The position numbers and the translations under genes are program-made. A model generated the notes under the pieces. It was not told the DNA's origin and did no database searches. It saw only the letters and a program-made list of their open reading frames with translations. Below, one piece after another: positions 34,880-41,664 of a DNA stretch of 41,664 bases. Source of the stretch: Actinomycetota bacterium (lineage in GTDB: Bacteria > Actinomycetota > Acidimicrobiia > Acidimicrobiales > WLNW01); contig JAYUFA010000138.1 in the NCBI GenBank assembly GCA_043738925.1, forward strand, positions 1 through 41,664, read 5' to 3'. The number at the start of each line of letters is the position of its first letter. The first letter of the stretch is position 1.

Positions 34880-35799
34880 ACATTCGTGCCGTTGCGCTTG
34901 ACGGTGTCGGCCAGTGCTTGCAGGTGATCGGCGTCGATGCCGAAACGGTGGCGTACACGCATCGTGCGCTCCAGCAGCGGAGCGAGGCGGCTATGCGCTC
35001 GCGACAGCACATACTTCGCGCCGCGCGCCTCCGACATCGCCAGGCTTGCGTCGAGCCGATGCGTCGCGTGGCCGATGTGGCGCATGTGCGCGCGATCACC
35101 CAGCAGACGACGGTTGGTCGCAGCGTCTTCTCCAAACCACACGTCTTGGTGTGAACCGCCGTGCGAATAGTCGTGATGCTGGTGTACAGCCGTGACCGCG
35201 TCGCTTGCGTCGATCACTGGTATGCCGCGCGTCAGTGTGTGCCACACGATCCAATGGTCGTAGCCGGGACGCCCCACGACAAACGGTGGCAGGTCGACGT
35301 ACTGACCCCGTGCAAAGGCGAACCAGTCGACCCAAAGGGGTGAGTTACAGCGACCATCGCGCTTGGCGCGCTGCTGCAGCGCGCGATCCCAGTCTGGCGC
35401 CGACACATCGATGTCCTCGTGAATATCAAGATCCCAGCGCTGACCGATCACGAGATATGGGCCGTCGATCGCGTCGCGAACGGCTTGCAGCGCGGGAACG
35501 AGATCGTGACCGAACATGATGTCGGCGTTGGAGAAGACGCACGTCGGGGCGTCGCCGACGGCTTGGCCGATGGACCACAGGTCGCTCAGCAAAGGCACGT
35601 GCTTCGGGCTTCGCTCAACATTCGGCACGTGGCGAACGCCGAGAGTTCCGCAGGCCTCGCTGGTGCCCTCGTCATCGCCGATCAGTACTACGTCGACGTC
35701 AGATCCGAGTGCAGCCCAGGTACGAATTGCGTTGCGCTGGATACGGTCGAACTGCCCGCGGAACGGCTTCGGCGTGGCGAACAAGGTGAGATCGGACAC
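34876..35799 (-). CDS. uncharacterised glycosyltransferase-like protein (307 aa)
   Basis: Track ORF trimmed to GTG 35799, with GGGAG 5 nt upstream. LFATPKPFRGQFDRIQRNAIRTW...VVLIGDDEG...CVFSNADIMF...RPGYDHWIVW...HQHHDYSHGG looks like a small GT-A-like enzyme common in polysaccharide loci, but I cannot name the family. Its 3' end overlaps the GT2 gene by 4 nt, convergently. Confidence 0.55.
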   Translation of the reverse strand: MSDLTLFATPKPFRGQFDRIQRNAIRTWAALGSDVDVVLIGDDEGTSEACGTLGVRHVPNVERSPKHVPLLSDLWSIGQAVGDAPTCVFSNADIMFGHDLVPALQAVRDAIDGPYLVIGQRWDLDIHEDIDVSAPDWDRALQQRAKRDGRCNSPLWVDWFAFARGQYVDLPPFVVGRPGYDHWIVWHTLTRGIPVIDASDAVTAVHQHHDYSHGGSHQDVWFGEDAATNRRLLGDRAHMRHIGHATHRLDASLAMSEARGAKYVLSRAHSRLAPLLERTMRVRHRFGIDADHLQALADTVKRNGTNV

Positions 35800-35977
35800 G
35801 TGACTCCCAGCTCGGTTGATCCATGAACTATCGGCGGCGAGGGTCGCGAACTGAACCGGACTGTCGAGAACGCTCGTCCTGCGTGTGACTTCGCGTCGTC
35901 GCACCAAACAGATCAGAACCTTGCCCTCGGGGCCGATAGGAGTGCATGGGTTCATCACGCGCGCTTGGCGGCACGCC

Positions 35978-37309
35978 ATGAGCATTCGCATGGTCCGCTC
36001 GCTGCAGGCCGGCGGTACCGTCGCATGGCTGGTGGCCGCCGCGTGGTATCACGCCGCCCAACTCGCCTCGCCGCCGTATGGCGTCGTCAGCACAAGCCGC
36101 TTTGGGTGGACGTGCGCGTTTGGCGCTTCGCTTGTGCTGTCGAGCTATGCACTCGGCCTTCCCGAAGTGCCGCGCACACGCCGCCACGCGGCCTTCGTCG
36201 CAATCGGCTCCTTCGGCGTCAGCCTGGTCGCCATCTCGGTATTGCAACTCATTGTGGGCCAGGCGCTGTTACCCCGCGCAGTGGTCTTGGGCAGTTGCTT
36301 GTTGATGGTGCCGTGGAACGTGTTTTGCAGCGGGCTGTTGATCGATGAGCGGGATCGGTCGCTCGCCCGCGACCGGGTTGTGGTGGTCGGTAGCTGGACC
36401 GATGCCGCCGACTTGTCCGCCGAGCTCGACTCGGGTGCGGAGCGCGCTGCTGTCATTGTCGACGTGCTGACCCCAGTTGAGGCAGTAGGGACGCTCGACG
36501 GCAGATCGCCGCTGCGCGACGCCGTAGTGGCGGGTGACGCCACGGTGATCGTCCTGGATCGTGTCGCGCAGCTCGATCGAAGCGTGGTCGAACAGGCCGC
36601 CTTGTTGCACGCGGGCGGAGTGCGGGTGCGAACGCTCTCGCTGTTTTACGAGGAGTGGCTTGGCAAGTTGCCATTGTCAGAGCTGGAACGTGTGTCGTTG
36701 ATGTTCGACATCGGCGAGGTACACCGCATTCGGTACGTGCGCGTCAAACGGTTTTTCGACGTGGTGGCGGGGCTCGTCGGGTGTGTGCTGCTCGCTCTCC
36801 TCATCCCGTTCGTGGTAATCGGCAACGCGCTCGCGAATCGCGGGCCGCTGTGGTTTCGACAGGTGCGAGTGGGCAAGAACGGTCGACCCATCGTCATGCT
36901 GAAACTGCGCACGATGCGAGCATCCGACGATCAACAGGCCGATTGGACGACTCCGGGTGATCCACGCGTCACCGCGTTCGGCAACGTGCTTCGGCGTTCA
37001 CATCTCGACGAGCTACCACAGATGGTGAACATCTTGCGCGGCGACCTGTCGCTTGTGGGTCCGAGGCCCGAACAACCCCGCTATGTGGACGAGCTCACAG
37101 AAAAGCTGCCGTTCTACCCGTTGCGACACCTTGTACGCCCGGGGCTCACCGGCTGGGCACAGGTCAAGTACGGCTATGCATCGACCGACCAGGACGCGCT
37201 CGAGAAGCTCCAATACGAGTTCTACTATCTGCGACATCAGCGGCTTGCGCTCGATCTGCGGATCGTCGTGCGCACAATCCGCACGGTGATAGGCCGGAGC
37301 GGGCGATGA
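35978..37309 (+). CDS. polyprenyl-phosphate phosphoglycosyl transferase (bacterial sugar transferase, WbaP/EpsB-like initiating enzyme)
   Basis: N-terminal TM bundle, a central linker domain and a C-terminal catalytic domain (RVKRFFDVVAGL..., PLWFRQVRVGKNGRPIVMLKLRTM, DELPQMVNILRGDLSLVGPRP, RPGLTGWAQV). Start is ATG 35978 or 35990. Confidence 0.9.
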   Translation: MSIRMVRSLQAGGTVAWLVAAAWYHAAQLASPPYGVVSTSRFGWTCAFGASLVLSSYALGLPEVPRTRRHAAFVAIGSFGVSLVAISVLQLIVGQALLPRAVVLGSCLLMVPWNVFCSGLLIDERDRSLARDRVVVVGSWTDAADLSAELDSGAERAAVIVDVLTPVEAVGTLDGRSPLRDAVVAGDATVIVLDRVAQLDRSVVEQAALLHAGGVRVRTLSLFYEEWLGKLPLSELERVSLMFDIGEVHRIRYVRVKRFFDVVAGLVGCVLLALLIPFVVIGNALANRGPLWFRQVRVGKNGRPIVMLKLRTMRASDDQQADWTTPGDPRVTAFGNVLRRSHLDELPQMVNILRGDLSLVGPRPEQPRYVDELTEKLPFYPLRHLVRPGLTGWAQVKYGYASTDQDALEKLQYEFYYLRHQRLALDLRIVVRTIRTVIGRSGR

Positions 37310-38661
37310 CCGTTTCAGGCACGCTCGAGCACAACGGGCGACAGCACAGCAGTCCGACGGAGCGTGCTCGTACCCGTCGCGTCTGGGCCAGACGAGCGTC
37401 GCTCGCGATGGCCGTCGGTAGCGCGGCATCGTTCATCGTCGGCATGGCAACGGTACCTCTGACGATTGGCTACCTCGGCACAGCTCGCTTCGGGCTGTTT
37501 GCGACGATGATGGCGGGCGCAGCGTTGCTCGAACCACTCGACTTCGGAGTGGGGAGCGCTCTCGTCACGTTGATCGGCGCGGCGCACGCACACGACGACA
37601 ACGAGCGTACGGCCGGTCTCGCTGCGGCTGCCTTGCGACTCCTCATTGGTGTCGCCGCCGTCATCGCGGTGACGGTCGTCGTGTGCAGGAACCTCGTACC
37701 GTGGGCAGCAATTCTCGATTCGCGATCCTTCGGTGGCTCGGCGGCAGCGTGCGTCGTGGTGCTCGTCGTCGCGACCGCAATCGAGATGCCACTGAGCCTC
37801 GTCGATCGCGTCAACCTCGGCGTACAACGGGGTGATCGTGTCGGTTACGCGACGGCCATCGGTTGGATACTGTCACTCGCTTTCGTCGCGGTGGCCGCTT
37901 TCTATCGGGCCGATGTTGCGATCCTGACCGGCGCGTATCTCGGCGGTCCGTTGTTCGCGCGGCTTGCCTCGTCGACGCTGCTGCTGTGTCGCTGGTGTCC
38001 CGAGATGCGACGGAACCGCCGGTACGACCCCGCGCTTGGCCGGCTCTTGGTGCGAACGGGCTCGCTGTTCTTCGTGCTTCAGCTCGCAGTAGCTGTCGCG
38101 TATACGTCTGATCAGTTCGTGGTGGCCAATGTGATCGGGATCAACGCGGTTCCGCAGTACGCACTCGCCGCGGACATTTTCGCGATCGTGCCGGCCGGCG
38201 CGGCGTTGCTGCTGCGGCCGCTCTGGCCTGCGTATGCGGAAGCCGCGGCAGCGGGCGACATCGAATGGATACGAAGCACGCTCGTGCGTTCCGTGCGATC
38301 GGTGTTCGTCGGTGCGGTCGCGGTGAGCGTCCTGCTGGTTGCCGTCAGCGGTCGCCTCGTGCGACTGCTCTCGCATGACGCGGTGTGCCCGGGATCGGGG
38401 GTACTGCTCGCGTTCGGCGCGTGGAGCGTTGTGCTTGCGACCGGCAACGCGGTCGCGATGGCGCTCAATGGTCTGGCCGTCGTGCGGATGCAAGTGATCG
38501 TTGCGTCAGCGATGGCTCTGTGCAACCTCGCGTTGAGCATCGAATTGGCCCGAACGATGGGCGTGGCAGGCGTCCTGTGGGGGTCCGTGGTCGCGTACAT
38601 CGTCTGTGTCGGCCTGCCCTATGCGCGTTTCGTTCGATCGTTCGAAAGGGTGTCGTCGTGA
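37306..38661 (+). CDS. wzx: Wzx-like oligosaccharide flippase (MOP superfamily)
   Basis: ATGA overlap with the priming transferase gene. About 12 predicted TM helices and a typical N-terminal region (FIVGMATVPLTIGYLGTARFGLF). Confidence 0.72.
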   Translation: MTVSGTLEHNGRQHSSPTERARTRRVWARRASLAMAVGSAASFIVGMATVPLTIGYLGTARFGLFATMMAGAALLEPLDFGVGSALVTLIGAAHAHDDNERTAGLAAAALRLLIGVAAVIAVTVVVCRNLVPWAAILDSRSFGGSAAACVVVLVVATAIEMPLSLVDRVNLGVQRGDRVGYATAIGWILSLAFVAVAAFYRADVAILTGAYLGGPLFARLASSTLLLCRWCPEMRRNRRYDPALGRLLVRTGSLFFVLQLAVAVAYTSDQFVVANVIGINAVPQYALAADIFAIVPAGAALLLRPLWPAYAEAAAAGDIEWIRSTLVRSVRSVFVGAVAVSVLLVAVSGRLVRLLSHDAVCPGSGVLLAFGAWSVVLATGNAVAMALNGLAVVRMQVIVASAMALCNLALSIELARTMGVAGVLWGSVVAYIVCVGLPYARFVRSFERVSS

Positions 38662-39659
38662 TGAGTCCGTCACGTGCTCAGGGTTTGCGGTCGCTGGTCG
38701 GTCAGCGGTTCATCGATAGCGCGCTCGACATCCAACACTCGCGCTCACGACGCCACGTCGGACAGTTCGCGCTCGCAGCGACGCGTCGAGCGCTCCTTGG
38801 CGAGCGTGATCCGGTGATCACACGCCAAGTTGGTGACGTGACGATCGCGATGCCACTGTCGCATCGCTTGCCCGACTATCTGGCGCGCTACCAGAACTAC
38901 GGCGCGAACCTCGTCCGTCTCTCGAAGTTCTTGGCCGAGCGTGAGCCCGATCTCACGATCATCGACGTCGGCGCCAACGTCGGAGACACGGTCGCGCAGC
39001 TCCGTACGGTGACGTCCGCTCCGGTGTTGTGCGTCGAAGCGGACGATCGGTACTTCTCGCTGCTCGAGGTCAATGCGCCGGTTCTCGGCGATGTCGTGTG
39101 CGTACAGACATTCCTGGGGCGATCAGCGTCCGTCATCGCTGGTGCCATCGCGCGTGCCGGAGGCACGGGTCACCTGGTCGCGGGTGACTCGGCCATCGCC
39201 CTGGAGCCGCTCGATGAGGTCGTCGCCCGCACCCCAGGTTTCGAGCGAGCTCGCCTGCTGAAGATCGATGTCGACGGCGTCGACTTCGAAGTGCTCGCCG
39301 GTGCAACGGCGTTGCTCCGCCGCGCGCGGCCAGTGCTGTTTCTGGAATACGACCCGACGCTGGTTGCAGCGCAAGGCTTCGACGCGCGGGCTTCGCTCGA
39401 CTGGCTACGCGACGTTGGCTACGGATCATTCGTCGCCTACGACAACGTCGGTGACATGGCGCTCACCGGCTCGCTCGACGACGCTCGCCTGCTCGACGAC
39501 TTGCATGACTATGTCGCCGCCAAGCGATCGATGATGTTCTGGGATCTCGCCGTGTTTCACCGCAGCGACGAAGCGCTGTTCGTCACGTTCGCGAGCAGCG
39601 AGCGCGCCGTCCGCGAGTCGATGACAACACAGATCGAACGCGGCGACTCCGTTAGGTGA
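38661..39659 (+). CDS. FkbM-family SAM-dependent methyltransferase
   Basis: Track ORF trimmed to ATG 38661, overlapping the wzx stop by 1 nt. TIIDVGANVGDTVAQL...LLKIDVDGVDFEVLAG...PVLFLEY matches the FkbM pattern. Confidence 0.8.
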   Translation: MSPSRAQGLRSLVGQRFIDSALDIQHSRSRRHVGQFALAATRRALLGERDPVITRQVGDVTIAMPLSHRLPDYLARYQNYGANLVRLSKFLAEREPDLTIIDVGANVGDTVAQLRTVTSAPVLCVEADDRYFSLLEVNAPVLGDVVCVQTFLGRSASVIAGAIARAGGTGHLVAGDSAIALEPLDEVVARTPGFERARLLKIDVDGVDFEVLAGATALLRRARPVLFLEYDPTLVAAQGFDARASLDWLRDVGYGSFVAYDNVGDMALTGSLDDARLLDDLHDYVAAKRSMMFWDLAVFHRSDEALFVTFASSERAVRESMTTQIERGDSVR

Positions 39660-40857
39660 TGTCGAGCATGCGTTGCAGCGCCACGCGCGCCCATTCGGCG
39701 GTGTCGGCGTCGACCGAGATCTTGTTGACCACCGTGCCGTCGACCAGCTTGTCCATCACCCAGGCGAGATGCGGCAAGTCGATGCGGAACATGGTCGAAC
39801 ACGGGCAGACGAGTGGGTCGAGTGACACGATCGTCTTGGTCGGGTGCTCGTTCGCCAACCGCTGCACAAGGTGGATCTCGGTACCAATGCCGATGACCGT
39901 GCCCGCCGGTGCCGCTTCGACAGCGTTGATGATGAAATCGGTCGACCCGACCTGATCGGCGAGTTCAACGGTCTCGCGCGCGCATTCGGGATGCACGATC
40001 ACGAGTCCGTGTGGATGTGCGGCGCGGAACTCGCGCACGTGCTCGGGCTGAAAGCGCTGATGTACCGAACAGTGGCCCTTCCACAACAGGAACGTGGATT
40101 CCTTGCAGTCTGCTTCGGTGAGGCCGCCGAGGTCGCGACGCGGATCCCAAACGCGCATGTTCGCTGCGTCATAGCCGAGCGCGTAGCCGGTGTTGCGGCC
40201 GAGGTGCTGATCGGGAAAGAAAAGCAGCTTGTCGCCCCGGCCGCCGGGCGCCTTTTCGTCGCCGAGACCCAAAGCCCATTCGATGACGGCGCGTGCATTG
40301 GTCGAGGTGCACACCGCGCCACCGTTGCGCCCGACGAAGGCCTTCAGCGCAGCCGATGAGTTCATGTACGTGATCGGCACCATGCGTTCGATGTCGACGA
40401 CCCGGCCGAGCTCCTCCCAGGTCAACTCGACCTCATCGATGTCGGCCATGTCGGCCATCGAGCAGCCGGCATTGAGGTCGGGGAGGATGACTTGTTGGTG
40501 TGGTCCGGTGAGCACGTCGGCGGATTCGGCCATGAAGTGCACGCCGCAGAACACGATGTACTCGGCCTCGGGGTGCTGCTGTGCCAGCACGCTGAGCCGA
40601 TAGCTGTCACCGCGCGCGTCGGCGAATCGGATGACCTCGTCACGCTGGTAGTGATGGCCGAGGATGAGCACTCGTGAGCCCAGAGTGGCCTTCGCGGCAG
40701 CGACACGCGCCGCGTTCTCGTCGAGGCTCGCGTCGTTGTAGCGCGCCGGTAGCGGTAGCTGGAGTCGCAGCATGAGTTGGGTGAGCCCCCTTCGGAAAGG
40801 GTCCGCTGATGACCGGTGGGGGCAGCCAGGACGCCACGCCACGGGGTTGTCGGTCAC
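39652..40857 (-). CDS. nadA: quinolinate synthase NadA (long actinobacterial type)
   Basis: LILGHHYQRDEVIRFADARGDS, IVFCGVHFMAESADVL, LNAGCSMADMA, VCTSTNA, VHPEC and LVCPCSTM. An alternative start at ATG 40773 has a GAAGGGGG RBS-like element upstream. Confidence 0.93.
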   Translation of the reverse strand: MTDNPVAWRPGCPHRSSADPFRRGLTQLMLRLQLPLPARYNDASLDENAARVAAAKATLGSRVLILGHHYQRDEVIRFADARGDSYRLSVLAQQHPEAEYIVFCGVHFMAESADVLTGPHQQVILPDLNAGCSMADMADIDEVELTWEELGRVVDIERMVPITYMNSSAALKAFVGRNGGAVCTSTNARAVIEWALGLGDEKAPGGRGDKLLFFPDQHLGRNTGYALGYDAANMRVWDPRRDLGGLTEADCKESTFLLWKGHCSVHQRFQPEHVREFRAAHPHGLVIVHPECARETVELADQVGSTDFIINAVEAAPAGTVIGIGTEIHLVQRLANEHPTKTIVSLDPLVCPCSTMFRIDLPHLAWVMDKLVDGTVVNKISVDADTAEWARVALQRMLDIT

Positions 40858-40972
40858 GGAACCTATGAGGGTGGCCTATTGGTGCACCCTCGATGTCAAC
40901 CGGAATTCCTGGCCGGTTATGCGAGGCACTATAGCGCGCCATGTTCGCCCGTCGCTCGGCGATGATGGGGGA

Positions 40973-41664
40973 GTGCTCGAACGCCCGCCCACCGGAACGA
41001 TCCCTGACGCTCCCGGTTCATACCAGTTCAAGGACCGCGACGGCCGGATACTGTACGTCGGCAAGGCCAAGTCGCTACGCCAGCGACTGTCGAACTACTT
41101 CCAGAACCCGACCTACCTGCCGCCACGCACGGCGCAGATGGTTGCCACCGCCGAGACCGTCGAGTGGATTCAGGTCACGAACGAGCTCGAAGCGCTCATG
41201 CTCGAGTACTCGCTCATCAAGCTGCACCGACCACGTTTCAACATCCGACTGGTTGACGACAAGAGCTATCCGTTCCTCGCGGTGACCATCGGCGATCAAT
41301 GGCCGCGTGCGCTCGTGATGCGCGGCGCGAAGAAGAAGGGCATCCGATATTTCGGCCCGTTCGGTCACGCGTACGCGATCCGCGAGACGCTCGACTTGTT
41401 GCTGCGTACGTTTCCGATTCGCACGTGCAGTGACAACAAGTTTGCTCATCACGAACGTCTCGGTCGACCGTGCTTGTTGTTCCACATCGAAAAGTGCGCG
41501 GGGCCGTGTGTCGGAGAGATCGACAACATCGGCTACGACCGCCTCGTCGATGATTTGCTCGGCTTTCTCGACGGCGACACGGACGCGGTGGTCGAGGCGC
41601 TCGAACAGCGCATGCGCGCCGCGGCTCGCGATCTCGAGTTCGAGCTCGCGGCGCGGCTGCGAGA
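40973..41664 (+). CDS. uvrC: excinuclease ABC subunit C, N-terminal part (runs off window end)
   Basis: Not in the ORF track because there is no stop in the window. My translation is VLERPPTGTIPDAPGSYQFKDRDGRILYVGKAKSLRQRLSNYF...EALMLEYSLIKLHRPRFNIRL...CLLFHIEKCAGPC...LEFELAARLR, giving a GIY-YIG domain plus a UVR domain. The start is GTG 40973 or the in-frame ATG 40919. Confidence 0.93.
   Translation, partial: MLERPPTGTIPDAPGSYQFKDRDGRILYVGKAKSLRQRLSNYFQNPTYLPPRTAQMVATAETVEWIQVTNELEALMLEYSLIKLHRPRFNIRLVDDKSYPFLAVTIGDQWPRALVMRGAKKKGIRYFGPFGHAYAIRETLDLLLRTFPIRTCSDNKFAHHERLGRPCLLFHIEKCAGPCVGEIDNIGYDRLVDDLLGFLDGDTDAVVEALEQRMRAAARDLEFELAARLR

Noticed and set aside
40867-40891. Hairpin (gagggtg/caccctc) in the nadA-uvrC divergent region, considered as a NAD-related riboswitch or NrtR/NiaR operator
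   Set aside because: I could not match it to any riboswitch or operator consensus I know. It is a 7-bp stem only, and it may lie in the nadA 5' leader or be non-functional.
40891-40915. TCGATGTCA upstream of uvrC, identical to the 5' part of the uvrB RecA-NDp-like motif
   Set aside because: The hexamer at the required 11-nt spacing is TGGCCG, not TAnnnT. There is therefore no supportable promoter call, and the match may be coincidental.
40941-41285. 114-aa + strand ORF listed in the track
   Set aside because: It is out of frame with the clear uvrC GIY-YIG reading frame, which is open to the window end and so absent from the track. Its composition is Ser/Arg/Thr-rich.
1-41664. Search for CRISPR arrays, IS elements, integrases, prophage or toxin-antitoxin/defence genes
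   Set aside because: No repeat-spacer periodicity, transposase or integrase motifs, or terminal inverted repeats were seen. The accessory modules therefore cannot be called mobile elements on this evidence.

Overview
41.7 kb of high-GC chromosome. Gene content and order suggest Actinomycetota, but the class cannot be determined from sequence alone. All family calls come from reading motifs by eye; no searches were run. The backbone is the conserved actinobacterial housekeeping and DNA-repair neighbourhood: pdtaR-like ANTAR regulator, polA, rpsA, coaE, uvrB, uvrA, nadA, uvrC. M. tuberculosis has the same order, Rv1626...Rv1629-Rv1631, Rv1633, Rv1638 (gene numbers from memory). Three accessory cell-surface modules are wedged into this backbone. 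(1) About 7.6-19.6 kb, between rpsA and coaE: a non-canonical Tad/Flp pilus locus. It reads cpaB, cpaE/tadZ, cpaF/tadA, a vWA-TadB fusion, tadC and a 519-aa polytopic membrane protein. These are followed by a LuxR-type response regulator, three Flp pilin genes (two are near-identical tandem copies) and a convergent GAF histidine kinase. No prepilin peptidase or TadE/F pseudopilin gene is visible. (2) About 23.6-29.6 kb, between uvrB and uvrA: four large polytopic membrane proteins. These are a GT39/ArnT-like GT-C enzyme, a Wzy_C (O-antigen ligase family) protein and two uncharacterised multi-TM proteins. (3) About 32.7-39.7 kb, between uvrA and nadA: a Wzx-type lipid-linked glycan assembly cluster with a priming phosphoglycosyl transferase, GT4, GT2, an unclassified GT-like protein, a flippase and an FkbM methyltransferase. 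The most interesting hypothesis is that modules 2 and 3, and possibly the pilins of module 1, form one dispersed surface glycoconjugate or protein O-glycosylation system interleaved with the uvrABC genes. Other points: a PaaK-like protein with degenerate catalytic motifs next to coaE, a RecA-NDp-like promoter ahead of an apparently leaderless uvrB, and a LexA-box-like palindrome ahead of uvrA. No rRNA, tRNA, CRISPR array, transposase or integrase was recognised. Many long antisense ORFs in the track are high-GC artefacts.
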